DNA of 60,113 nucleotides, from positions 1-60,113 of IMG/VR virus record IMGVR_UViG_3300030105_001581; one strand, written 5' to 3'. Position numbers and translations under genes: made by a program. Origin of the DNA: a virus. Lineage: Duplodnaviria > Caudoviricetes. A model generated the notes under the pieces. That model saw only the letters and a list, made by a program, of their open reading frames with translations, searched no databases and was not told the DNA's origin. Shown in pieces: positions 35,438 to 45,599 of the stretch (the first letter of the stretch is position 1; each line of letters starts with the position of its first letter).

Positions 35438-36232
35438 TTAAGGATTGCTTTTAACTACTTGAGACTCTACAGCAAACAGCTCTGTTGCTATCGTTGCATT
35501 ATTCTGAAGTATAAATTTCATGTAGTGTCCTAAAAGTCCATGTGACTCAGCCTCTTGATTTTTAATATATAAAATAAAAGAGTCTTGAAGTGTGGGTGCT
35601 GCACCACCAGCCACTGTCGCATCTACCGTAATCCTGTTTATATTATTCACCAGATCTATTTCTATTGCTGTCACCGTTCCCACTAAGGTAGGACCCGTGT
35701 AAGGAGGGTTAACAGAGTACAGGCTGTCTCCTATACTTATTATATTTCCTATGTTTATAGTAGTAGCAAAATTTATAATAGGAGTATTAGCAGTTCCTGT
35801 TACAGACAAACTCTGTGATATACCATTCATTGATCTTAGGGCATACTCTGTAAGCGCTGCTGGATCACCTCCGGCACTTCTTATGTATGCAAACCAGTCG
35901 CCTTCTTTTTGAACAAACCACTCTAGGTCAATGAGTCCTGTGTTAGGCAAGTCAGTTTCTAAAGAAGCGGACCATGCGGCATCTGCCTCTAGGTTTATTG
36001 TCTTAAATATTTTATTAACTAAAGGATCTTCGTTAAATACACTAGTAATTCTAGAAAAACTTTGTGTACCATAATAATTGTTTCTTACCGCATTCGTATT
36101 GTGCTGGTATATGTTACCTCCTGAAAAAGAATATAAATAATTATTCATACCAGCCATGTACTCAGGAAGATAAGAATAAAATGAAGGCCACCCCTTAGAG
36201 TTTTCGCTGTATGTTAGAGTATAATCTGGCAT
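35438..36232 (-). CDS. Tail muzzle/stabilisation protein, C-terminal part
   Basis: TLTYSE..KGWPSFYSY.P...NNYLYSF..G.IYQHN...FN..P..NKIFKTINLE...KEG.WF...G.YMK...ELFAV; TAAATTTG at 36252-36259. Confidence 0.65.
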   Translation of the reverse strand: MPDYTLTYSENSKGWPSFYSYLPEYMAGMNNYLYSFSGGNIYQHNTNAVRNNYYGTQSFSRITSVFNEDPLVNKIFKTINLEADAAWSASLETDLPNTGLIDLEWFVQKEGDWFAYIRSAGGDPAALTEYALRSMNGISQSLSVTGTANTPIINFATTINIGNIISIGDSLYSVNPPYTGPTLVGTVTAIEIDLVNNINRITVDATVAGGAAPTLQDSFILYIKNQEAESHGLLGHYMKFILQNNATIATELFAVESQVVKSNP

Positions 36233-36259
36233 AATAAAAAGTTTATTTATACAAATTTA

Positions 36260-37486
36260 CTAAAAATAACTGACCACTTTATCTCCCCATCCATGCGATG
36301 CGCTATAAGGCCATACAAAGTATCTTAAAGGCTTAGTTCCCTTCATTGATCTAACCACATTAATGTATGAGCCTTCTGCTGATTTGAGGGCCACTATCTC
36401 CTCTTTATTTATGGTATCATAGTATACGACCATTCCGTTATTATCCTCAAACACAAGGGCTGCAAATACGCAATCTTCATACAAGAAGTCATGTTTATTT
36501 ATCCTAACGTGATAGTCTTTTAATTCTATATAAACTGAGTCACCCTCTAACCCTGGCGTAGGTAGATTTTGTTGACACCTATGGGTCATGGTTTGATCCC
36601 TAAACTTTAATCCTGAATATAACTCATACTCTTCTAAAGTTCTTTCATCTCCTAAGCCGTACTTTTTAAAAGTATTTTTATTACAAGGACTGCAAATCTC
36701 TCCATTAATTCCTAGCAGTTGACGAACTCTAGACTTTGACTGATTATCTCTAGCACTCCAATCAGAATTGTCATCCCAATGCCTTGCACGTTTGTCACCA
36801 GTGTAGTCATGCCAAGCAATAGGCTTGTTAGGAACAAACAGGTCATAACCATGCGTGTAAGCCCTTACGGATATTGAAATTTCTTCTCCATTAAAATACA
36901 TTAACGGATCATGAGGTACTTCTTTGCAGAACTTTCCTAGCGTAAAAGCAAAGTGACCTGAGTAAAACCTAGATGGCGTAGGCTCTTGTTGTTTGCCTGC
37001 ACTATAGAGACTAAATATAGGAACGCCTTGATCCCACTTCCTAATAGACATTGCATAACTATTTTCATCTGTACCTTGTGGGTAAGTTTCAGGACTATAC
37101 GCAGGTACACGAGAGGTTAGCAAAGGTTTTTTATGACCTTTTTTTATTAAACTATTTAAGGTATTTATACAATCTTTGTCCCATCCCTTTACAAATCTAT
37201 GATGCGAGTCTATTTGCAGGGTATAGTCCTCTCCGCTATAGTGCTGTTGAATTTCATTACGTGCCCAGCACACACCTTGAGAATCGGTATGAGGTATCTG
37301 AATTACAATAAACCTTCCGTCACTAGCAAACTGATCTAGATTGTCCCATTCATCCTCTTCAGAGTACTGATGAGCTATACATATTTTTAATCTTTCAGGG
37401 TGAGCTGTTTGTTCAATGAGGTCCTTGATGGTAGGTACAAGCTCAGGGTCACGATAGCTAGCTATCTGTACAAATATAGATTTCAT
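36260..37486 (-). CDS. GT60/GlcNAc-transferase-like glycosyltransferase
   Basis: IFVQIASYRDPEL, GVCWAR, YTLQIDSHHRFVKGWD, FYSGHFAF, EVPHDP..YFNGEE...RAYTHGYD, WHDY. Confidence 0.8.
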   Translation of the reverse strand: MKSIFVQIASYRDPELVPTIKDLIEQTAHPERLKICIAHQYSEEDEWDNLDQFASDGRFIVIQIPHTDSQGVCWARNEIQQHYSGEDYTLQIDSHHRFVKGWDKDCINTLNSLIKKGHKKPLLTSRVPAYSPETYPQGTDENSYAMSIRKWDQGVPIFSLYSAGKQQEPTPSRFYSGHFAFTLGKFCKEVPHDPLMYFNGEEISISVRAYTHGYDLFVPNKPIAWHDYTGDKRARHWDDNSDWSARDNQSKSRVRQLLGINGEICSPCNKNTFKKYGLGDERTLEEYELYSGLKFRDQTMTHRCQQNLPTPGLEGDSVYIELKDYHVRINKHDFLYEDCVFAALVFEDNNGMVVYYDTINKEEIVALKSAEGSYINVVRSMKGTKPLRYFVWPYSASHGWGDKVVSYF

Positions 37487-37520
37487 TTAATTTAATTTTA
37501 TATACGAATATACTAAATTA

Positions 37521-39803
37521 TTAACATTGAAATGAATTACAATTGTTTCCAGAAGAAACTTGATACATGAAATTTCCTGTAGGCGAAATGCTTGACGGTT
37601 GCTGTTGACCCACAATTCCACACAAAACTTGACCTCCGTTTGTGCTGAATTTTATAGTACTTCCTTGAGATAAAACTTGAGTGCTTTCTATGTTCCAAAA
37701 TGTATTGTCACATCCGGTTACCGAATAAACAAATGATGAAGCGTCTTGAGTAATTGCTCCGGTTATGGTCATTGTTACATTTTGATCAGAATTTATATCT
37801 GTTGGAGCGTAAGATATATTTATACCAGTGCCCGTAAATCCTTGAGTTACTAGAACCCTAGTATTAAAGGTCCCTGGATTAGTATCAAGGGGTGCTGTTC
37901 CGGATATGAAAGAGCTAATTATGTCTCCTGAAAGATTGTAATTAGTTCCCGCTACACCTCCTGTTAATCCAGTTGTATCTATAGCCGTTATGGTAGCCGT
38001 AACACTTTGAGGAGTAGAGCTACATGTCTGAGCTGCGCCTAGAGTAGATCCATTCCAATACCTAGAGGTTTTGATATTAGCGCTCGTAAAGGTATAGACT
38101 CCTGAAGAAGCAGCTTCCGATGTAGTACATCCTGCTTGACTTGCAAAAAGCTGTGTTGCTGTTAAAAAATTATTTGTATCTCCAAACACTACACCTTGCC
38201 CACCTGCTAAACAAACTGTAGTTCCTGAAGAATACTCTATTGAATAGCTAAAGCATGTTACTGGAGGATCACAAATATCACATCCGCTAGTTATATTAGT
38301 AGCATCTTGTGTTGTTGTTAATCCACTTCCGCCTGTAACCTTATAGCATGTTACGCCATTATTTATTCTTACAGATTGATTTGCATCTAAGGTTGTCCCT
38401 ACTGGAACTCTAACTACTGTCGCGCCGCCTCCTGAGCAAAGCTCAACATTATAGTAGTTGTATTGCGGTGTTAATGGAATGTCTGTATTACATGATCCCG
38501 TTCCAGAAGATCCTCCATTACTAGCAGCAACACTACCTGTAATAGCACATACCGCTTGAGTTATCCCTGGTGATAAATTTAAATAACTTTGTGATCCTCC
38601 AGCTCCTGCAGAACATGTAATATAGTAACCTGTTCCTGTAAACTGGTAAGTAGTACAAGAAGATACTGCTGGGCAAAAATCTTGAATAGTATTAGCGGTT
38701 GCTGTGGTGCTTGGCGAAACCAAATTCCAACATCCTGCTAATCCCGTTATTACAACTTTAGAATTTTGACCAAATCCGTTTCTTTTAGTAACTAAGTCAG
38801 TAGCTCCACTCGTAGTTTCTACAACATTAAAAGAAGGTGTAGGAACCACAGCAAGGATACATGGATTATCTCCAGTTCCTGCGCTATCACAAGCGCTATA
38901 AACAGTTCCGTCATACAGTCCTATATCATCCACTTCATCACTAGTACATAACGACAAGTTGTCTATGGTATAGCAAGTACCAGATACTTTTACGGATGAT
39001 GTTCCCTGTGTAATGCTGTCAAATACATTAGTAGGCGTTTTAATTATTACTTTAGAACCACCGCTGCAAGGAGTAGCATTCCAATAGCAAAACCTTTCAG
39101 GTGGAGGAGGGCAGCCTAAATTAACTGGATCTGAAGGAAATGATCCTTGTAAAGCTAAATTAACATTTAGATCTGTGTTGTAACGATTATTTGAACCAAT
39201 ATTAGGAATAGAACTACCTTCAGGATGAGCCGTATTAGCACTAGTATAAAACTGACCAGTTGTAGTATCTAAATACCTTCCGTTTATTGGAGGTTTGTCA
39301 GTAGCTGAATCTATAATATAAGTAAATACATATTCATTAGACGAAGGCACACTATTAGGACATGGATTTAATAAATAGTATTTCTCTATAGGAACAGTCT
39401 GAGTATTGCAAGATCCAGTTATAGTTGCGGTTACTGTATCCGTTGATCCATTATTAATTAACCAACAATTGGTGCTAAGGCTTGTTGTAATTTTTTGAGT
39501 AGGCTGATAGTCAGTTGTTATGGCTACAAATGCAATCGTACCAGTAACTACATCGGTAACCTTATAGCTAGTATTAGCAGGAATAGGAGCATCTTGAGAG
39601 GGAGGCGTACATGAGGGGCAAGTTACAGGATCTAAAAGTCTTCCACCGACACCACCGACACAGTCAACTTGCTCTCTTGCAGTCGCGCCACCCATTTGAT
39701 AAAAACCATTAGGAGCGCACGTAGTTAAAGCTTCGTCTAGAAAAACCTCATTTGCGTCTGCAAAATTTATAGTGTCAATATAGTATGTACCCGCTGCTGC
39801 CAT
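37521..39803 (-). CDS. Cys-rich, Thr/Ser-rich repeat virion protein
   Basis: 760 aa; recurring modules such as YYNVELCSGG...V.I...CY.V...CD.C; low-complexity T/S/P/G linkers. Confidence 0.65.
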   Translation of the reverse strand: MAAAGTYYIDTINFADANEVFLDEALTTCAPNGFYQMGGATAREQVDCVGGVGGRLLDPVTCPSCTPPSQDAPIPANTSYKVTDVVTGTIAFVAITTDYQPTQKITTSLSTNCWLINNGSTDTVTATITGSCNTQTVPIEKYYLLNPCPNSVPSSNEYVFTYIIDSATDKPPINGRYLDTTTGQFYTSANTAHPEGSSIPNIGSNNRYNTDLNVNLALQGSFPSDPVNLGCPPPPERFCYWNATPCSGGSKVIIKTPTNVFDSITQGTSSVKVSGTCYTIDNLSLCTSDEVDDIGLYDGTVYSACDSAGTGDNPCILAVVPTPSFNVVETTSGATDLVTKRNGFGQNSKVVITGLAGCWNLVSPSTTATANTIQDFCPAVSSCTTYQFTGTGYYITCSAGAGGSQSYLNLSPGITQAVCAITGSVAASNGGSSGTGSCNTDIPLTPQYNYYNVELCSGGGATVVRVPVGTTLDANQSVRINNGVTCYKVTGGSGLTTTQDATNITSGCDICDPPVTCFSYSIEYSSGTTVCLAGGQGVVFGDTNNFLTATQLFASQAGCTTSEAASSGVYTFTSANIKTSRYWNGSTLGAAQTCSSTPQSVTATITAIDTTGLTGGVAGTNYNLSGDIISSFISGTAPLDTNPGTFNTRVLVTQGFTGTGINISYAPTDINSDQNVTMTITGAITQDASSFVYSVTGCDNTFWNIESTQVLSQGSTIKFSTNGGQVLCGIVGQQQPSSISPTGNFMYQVSSGNNCNSFQC

Positions 39804-39826
39804 TATGTAAAATTACTTTATTTTTT

Positions 39827-42800
39827 TTAACATTCCCTAAATGATACTACCCTTCCTGTATTATCTATCTGAAGCCAGCCTTGCAAAAATCCTTGAGCTG
39901 CCTCTTGTTCTCCAGCTGCTGGAGCTTTAAATGCAAAGTACTTGTTGTTTCCTCTGAAGGGAACACTAAAGGTTGGATTCTCAAAGAACAAAGTATCAGG
40001 ATTATAAACATTGCCTATACTTGTTACTGAAGTATATACAGGAACATAGCAAAAAGTTGTATTGTCGCACAAAGGAGCTATGTCTTTTCCTTGACTTGCC
40101 TTACCGCTAAACATCCATACAAGAGGGTCAGCGACTAGAGATGGACAATAAGTTGTGTCTTGACACCCTGAGGCTCTGCCTATAATTTCTCCACTAGCAC
40201 CATTACCCCAATTTATTTTTTCAATTGTAGCACACTTACGATCACTAGTATTATTGCTTGTTAAACCTATCTCATCATAATAAATTATATCTCCAAGACT
40301 GTATAAAGCTTGAGAATCATCGGCTGATAAAAATACTCTTGTAGCATTACCGCCGCACTGTATTGCTGCGTAGTAATTCTCTGCACATGACGCTCCTTTA
40401 GTTACCGTTAAAGTAGCTCCTGAACTATGATCGCTTAAAGTTGGAATACTTTGACTGCATACTGTTTTAGGCGAGGTACTTGTGCTTATATCATCTTGAG
40501 TCTCTACGCCATTGCAAGCCGTATATAAAAATGTGTTTACAGCAGGAGCTCCACATGCTGCTCCTGCTTGAGGAGTTCCGTTATTATTATCAAAAACTGG
40601 AAGTGTAGAAGAACATACCTCAGGCTCTTGCGCCGGAAGTATATCTGGAGCTAAGTCTCTTACACGACTAGGACCAAAATCGCCACATTGAGTAAATTCA
40701 ACATCAGTAGGTGAACCGCCGCTATCATTATTTCTTAAACTATAAGTTATACATTCAGATGGAGCAGTAAGAGTATAAGTATTACATCCTGCAGGAGTAG
40801 CTTCAGGAACTAAAGTCCCTCCATTATCTGCAACATTACATCCTACACAACAAACGTCATTTAAATCAATATTAGAATAACACAATTGAATTTCAGTACT
40901 ATCTCTATAGTCGTATATCAAGTACAGGTTATCATTATTCTTACCGCTAGGCATAGTAAACTCAGCAAAATACTCCTGAGTATTTAAAACATTTCTAACT
41001 GGAGTGGCTTTAGTAGATGCAGCCAATAAACTTCTAGTATCTGACTCTAAATTTCCGTAGAAAGTAGCACTTCTTAAAAACCTAAAGTTATTTTTACCTA
41101 ATTGAAAATCGTAGTTATCATTATCTTTAATAAGTTTATTACTTATAATCCTTACAATAGCATTTTGATTTGGAATTAGACTAGCTCCTTGAGGCCCAGT
41201 AAAACTTAATCTGTCAGATACCAAGGGGTTTAATGTTCCACTTTTAAACTCCATTTGATTAGACTGTCGATCAGATCTTCTAAATAAACCATCTTGCCAA
41301 AAATATTGATTGGTAATAGTCTTCGTTAAAGTAGGAGTACTCCTATCTGCATTACTAGTTATCCCTATTTGCCAAAGTGTAATTGTATCTGCCACAGGAC
41401 AGTTAACAGTTACCTCTATAGTGTCTGCAGTTATACTATTAGAAGATACTGTAATTGTCATATCCTCAGCATATACTGAGTTTTTAGGAACTTGAAGTAT
41501 ACCATTTATAGAGCTGGTAACACTTGTGCTAGTCCCATTATAAAGTGCAGTAATCGTATAGGTATTATTGTCTGTAGAATCTTCAGTAACAATATCGCTT
41601 CCTGAGGCTGAATTTGATCCAGTTTCTGTGATCATCTTGACTAGACCTCCGCCCACATTAGGAGTGTTATCTTGAGTTACAACATTGTCGTTTCCTCCAG
41701 AAGGAATAACATACTCTATGTCAACCGTACCTACTTCTTGAGTTACGTTAACACAGTAAGTGATTGATTCACCTACAGGTATAGTAATATTACGGCTCCC
41801 TCCACATAAGTCACAATTACCCACAAAAGGTAAGGTGATGCTATTAGCAGATAAAACATATTCGTTCATATAGGGGTCAAAACCACCTAACTTTTGAGCG
41901 TCAAAATTGTCATGAAATAAATCTCTAAACCATCCACGCATCCCTGTTTCAGATATAACAGCAAGAGATTCATTATTATAAGCACCCCCTTTTAATTGAA
42001 TAACAGCTCCTCTTTGCTCATCAGTAAAGAATTTGTCAGCTCCAAAAACTGCAAAGCTTTCAGGATTTCTGCTTATACCAAACTCTTCTAGTCTAGCTAT
42101 TTGCTGACCTAGTACTTCAGGAACAGATGTTAATGTTTGTTGGCCTGCGGGAGTTGATAATAACTCTTTAGATGCTAGTACATAAGAAATCTTATCTTCT
42201 TGAAGTGTGAGTATGTCTGTTTGTCTAGCGTATAACTTTTGTATTGATCCAAAAGAATCTTCAAGTGGTTTAAAGTTTAAAAGTCCTAAGTTAAACTCAT
42301 TAAGTCTGTTTATGTTAGACTCATCGTTATATACACCACTATAAGTTAAGTCTGCAAATCTATGTGCTTCTTGATATTCACGAGCCGAAGTTGTTGTCAC
42401 CCTGTTTCCTAAAGCTAAAGCTTCTCCTTTTATAGAGTCTCTTACGGTATAACTTTCAACACCATTTCCAAAAGTGTAACAATCAAAAAATTCTGTGTCT
42501 ATAACTGCTGGTTGCTCTGTATTTATATCTTGATTACTTTGAGTTCCTTCATGCTGTCCACTATCATCTATTTGCAAAGACAAATTATTTTCATACCATA
42601 CGTCAGATAAAGCATCAGATGGAATACTTTCAAAAACAACAAGACCTCCTCCATCAGCCCTTTGAACACTTATATTAATTTGTACACTTGAAGTAAACCT
42701 AGTGCTTTGAGGGCCAGTAGCTATAATCCATAATGAATTATTCCCGCCATTATTGGGATCGCTTCTCCAAAAATTGTAAAAATTAGTAACAGGACTAGTT

Positions 42801-45598
42801 GATATATATCCTCCAATTGCACCTTGAAAAACCGATATATTTTCAGGAGGAGACAACTCACCTGCTTGCCCAACTATTGGAGGTATTCCTGTTCCTCCAA
42901 GATAAACATTTTTAGTAGTGGATGAAGATTTTGTACCAATATCTGACTTGCTATCTCGTTCTATAAAATCGCCAATATTATCACCGTTAAACCAATCAAA
43001 AAAATTGGCATAATTTATTGATGCAACAAGAGTTTCAGAGTTTTTATAAATATTTTCTCTTCTTTCATCTTCTCCCAAAAAACCCCCTTCAGGACCGTTT
43101 CTATTTTGACGAATAAAAATATTAATTATGCTGTTTACAGGCACAGTGTAGTCTACGTATGAATTTGCTAGACTTGCTGTTGTGTCTGGGTTTTCAATAT
43201 TAACTAAAAAAGAACCTACTGGAAATACAACTTGATTTGTTCTAGCTACAGATCTTGTTTCAGGTCTAGCCACAAGGCTACCGCCAATTTCTCCGCTTAC
43301 CACTAAGTTAATACCGTTAGGTATAATTTCCATGTATGGTCCCGCCGGAATATCTAGATAATATCCATTGGGGATGGGGTCTGCTATTGGAGGACCATTA
43401 GGTGCTGGAACTAAAATAAAGTCTTTAGATTTAACCGACTTGCTAATAACAACTACTTCATTACATGTGTTAAGAGCTCCACGCGCATCGGTTTTTACTA
43501 TAAGTCTCTGTCCTGATTCTATCTTAGCTGCGCTTTCTCCTTCTAATAAAAAGAAATAACTATTACTCCTAGGATCTTTATAATACACTTCACTATAAAT
43601 AGTTTCATAGGTAGACTCATTTGGTTTAATAACAAACTTGTAGAATCTAGCCCAAACAGGAGCTCTTTGTGTCCAAGGGATAGTTACTTGTATTTCATTT
43701 TGAGTAATTGAATCACCACAAGATGTTTGAATTGTATTATTAGGACTCACTAAAGCTGTAGATGATCTTAAAAATTCATCCATATAAACTATTCCTATTT
43801 CATAGCCTCTGTTGCTATGAAGACTAGTAGGAGTTATTGTGCTTCCTAATGATACAGTAGAAGAAATAATTTTATAATATTCATAAAAACCTCCTGATGG
43901 AGCAGCCGGATCAACAACAAATCTGACAGCAGGTATTTGAAGCTCTAAGGAAGTTGCTCCAGGAGCATTACCAACAATTGCTATTGGATCTCCTGCCGTA
44001 ATTATACCGCTTGAAAATTTTGTTACTGTTCCCGTTGAAGTTGTTAGTGTTATTGGAACCGAACAATTAAACTGGTCTGTTAACGTATACCCATCACATG
44101 ACGTGGCTCCAGATGCCGCGTAAACAGGTTTAATATTTGCAGTTGTACCTATTGCATTTTTAAATTCAGTTGAATCAACTAACTCATATATAGAATCATA
44201 ATTTCTAGGTAAAACAAAAGTAAATTGAAGATTTGTATTTTCAGTTTTTTGAGTTGGTTGTCCTGCGGTAGGGTCAAATATATAATGTTCGTAAGTAAAA
44301 TTAAAATTTAAAGAAGCCGATGTAATTAAATCTGTAAAAGGATTTATTTGAGATAAGTTTATATTAACTCTAGCTCCAGGCACTAATTGAATACTGCCAA
44401 AAGTATAAGCTCCAGAATTTAAAGTACTTTTTAAACTTGTATTTTTTAATTCACCAGTAATTAAATCAGCTGAATACTGTAATTGTATAGGATCATTGAA
44501 TACATCTTTTAAATCATAACCTTCAATATAGTTACCATAAACCAACCTATTACTCATAATGGTTTGAGCTTGAGCAAGTAACGGAACATTGTCAAAAAGC
44601 CTAAGAAGCTCTATCGATGGAATAACTGTAAATATTTTACTATTGTTAAATTCAAAAGAATACAATTGATTATCCGCATAACCTAAACGATCTTTATTTA
44701 ACTTGTCAATAACCTTAATTGTGCTATCAGTATTTTCTTTATATAAAATTTGTATTGATTTTACTAAAGGACCTCCAGAATTAAAATTTACGTCAACACC
44801 TATAATAGTGTTAACCATCCCTTCGTTTAAATTTGAAGCAAAATCATATCCATAAAAACCTGGAGAAAAAGCTGGAGGTGACCATTGCGAAGTAGCGGAA
44901 TACTCATCATTTGTATACTGATATCTATAAGCAAAACAAATAAATCTTGTTTTTAAAAAATCATCTGACTCACCAAACGGAGAAATTCTTAATGTAAAAG
45001 TAGGAGCAGAAGTAGGCGGCTTTTTAATAACCATCAACTCTTCAGCTGTTATACCATCAGTATTATAAAAAGGATTAGGATAGTTTTGTAATATATTAAT
45101 AACCCTTGGAGGGTTAAAGTTATCCGTAAAAAACAACAAGTCATCTACCAAGTCAACAGCTGTAATTAAATGTGTTGGATTAAAGTTTAGCGTTGTACTT
45201 CCACCAGATCCATCATCAATGCTAATAACATGATAAGTTAAATTTCCTGTAGTAGGATTAAAAGAAACAATCAAATCTATCTTCCCTGTGTTTCCGATAG
45301 TAAATGCTGGATCATGAACAAACCAGTATATACGGTTATTCTGTCCATCTTCATACGCACCCAAACACCTAGCTTGATCACTTAATAATTCTGCTCCTGA
45401 TATTGATCCTGTCTCTTCGTACTGAAGCGAGGTTAACTTGGTATTACCTTTAGAATTTTCTACTGAACCAATTTCAGATCCTTCAGTTGATCCTAGTCTT
45501 ACATTTAATGCATCCTCATATTCACCATTCGGTATAAGCCTTTCGTCAAGAGACTTATTCATTCTCCCTGCGATAAAATTTCTTTGAATATTTGCCAT
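39827..45598 (-). CDS. Tail muzzle/stabilisation protein, N-terminal part with Cys-rich C-terminal extension
   Basis: GRMNKSLDERL.PNGEY.DALN, LLFFTDN.NPPR.IN, FAYRY.Y...EYS..S, NRLVYGNY, GISRNPES, GGFDPYMNEYVLS; then about 670 aa extension. Confidence 0.75.
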   Translation of the reverse strand: MANIQRNFIAGRMNKSLDERLIPNGEYEDALNVRLGSTEGSEIGSVENSKGNTKLTSLQYEETGSISGAELLSDQARCLGAYEDGQNNRIYWFVHDPAFTIGNTGKIDLIVSFNPTTGNLTYHVISIDDGSGGSTTLNFNPTHLITAVDLVDDLLFFTDNFNPPRVINILQNYPNPFYNTDGITAEELMVIKKPPTSAPTFTLRISPFGESDDFLKTRFICFAYRYQYTNDEYSATSQWSPPAFSPGFYGYDFASNLNEGMVNTIIGVDVNFNSGGPLVKSIQILYKENTDSTIKVIDKLNKDRLGYADNQLYSFEFNNSKIFTVIPSIELLRLFDNVPLLAQAQTIMSNRLVYGNYIEGYDLKDVFNDPIQLQYSADLITGELKNTSLKSTLNSGAYTFGSIQLVPGARVNINLSQINPFTDLITSASLNFNFTYEHYIFDPTAGQPTQKTENTNLQFTFVLPRNYDSIYELVDSTEFKNAIGTTANIKPVYAASGATSCDGYTLTDQFNCSVPITLTTSTGTVTKFSSGIITAGDPIAIVGNAPGATSLELQIPAVRFVVDPAAPSGGFYEYYKIISSTVSLGSTITPTSLHSNRGYEIGIVYMDEFLRSSTALVSPNNTIQTSCGDSITQNEIQVTIPWTQRAPVWARFYKFVIKPNESTYETIYSEVYYKDPRSNSYFFLLEGESAAKIESGQRLIVKTDARGALNTCNEVVVISKSVKSKDFILVPAPNGPPIADPIPNGYYLDIPAGPYMEIIPNGINLVVSGEIGGSLVARPETRSVARTNQVVFPVGSFLVNIENPDTTASLANSYVDYTVPVNSIINIFIRQNRNGPEGGFLGEDERRENIYKNSETLVASINYANFFDWFNGDNIGDFIERDSKSDIGTKSSSTTKNVYLGGTGIPPIVGQAGELSPPENISVFQGAIGGYISTSPVTNFYNFWRSDPNNGGNNSLWIIATGPQSTRFTSSVQINISVQRADGGGLVVFESIPSDALSDVWYENNLSLQIDDSGQHEGTQSNQDINTEQPAVIDTEFFDCYTFGNGVESYTVRDSIKGEALALGNRVTTTSAREYQEAHRFADLTYSGVYNDESNINRLNEFNLGLLNFKPLEDSFGSIQKLYARQTDILTLQEDKISYVLASKELLSTPAGQQTLTSVPEVLGQQIARLEEFGISRNPESFAVFGADKFFTDEQRGAVIQLKGGAYNNESLAVISETGMRGWFRDLFHDNFDAQKLGGFDPYMNEYVLSANSITLPFVGNCDLCGGSRNITIPVGESITYCVNVTQEVGTVDIEYVIPSGGNDNVVTQDNTPNVGGGLVKMITETGSNSASGSDIVTEDSTDNNTYTITALYNGTSTSVTSSINGILQVPKNSVYAEDMTITVSSNSITADTIEVTVNCPVADTITLWQIGITSNADRSTPTLTKTITNQYFWQDGLFRRSDRQSNQMEFKSGTLNPLVSDRLSFTGPQGASLIPNQNAIVRIISNKLIKDNDNYDFQLGKNNFRFLRSATFYGNLESDTRSLLAASTKATPVRNVLNTQEYFAEFTMPSGKNNDNLYLIYDYRDSTEIQLCYSNIDLNDVCCVGCNVADNGGTLVPEATPAGCNTYTLTAPSECITYSLRNNDSGGSPTDVEFTQCGDFGPSRVRDLAPDILPAQEPEVCSSTLPVFDNNNGTPQAGAACGAPAVNTFLYTACNGVETQDDISTSTSPKTVCSQSIPTLSDHSSGATLTVTKGASCAENYYAAIQCGGNATRVFLSADDSQALYSLGDIIYYDEIGLTSNNTSDRKCATIEKINWGNGASGEIIGRASGCQDTTYCPSLVADPLVWMFSGKASQGKDIAPLCDNTTFCYVPVYTSVTSIGNVYNPDTLFFENPTFSVPFRGNNKYFAFKAPAAGEQEAAQGFLQGWLQIDNTGRVVSFREC

Positions 45599-45599
45599 T

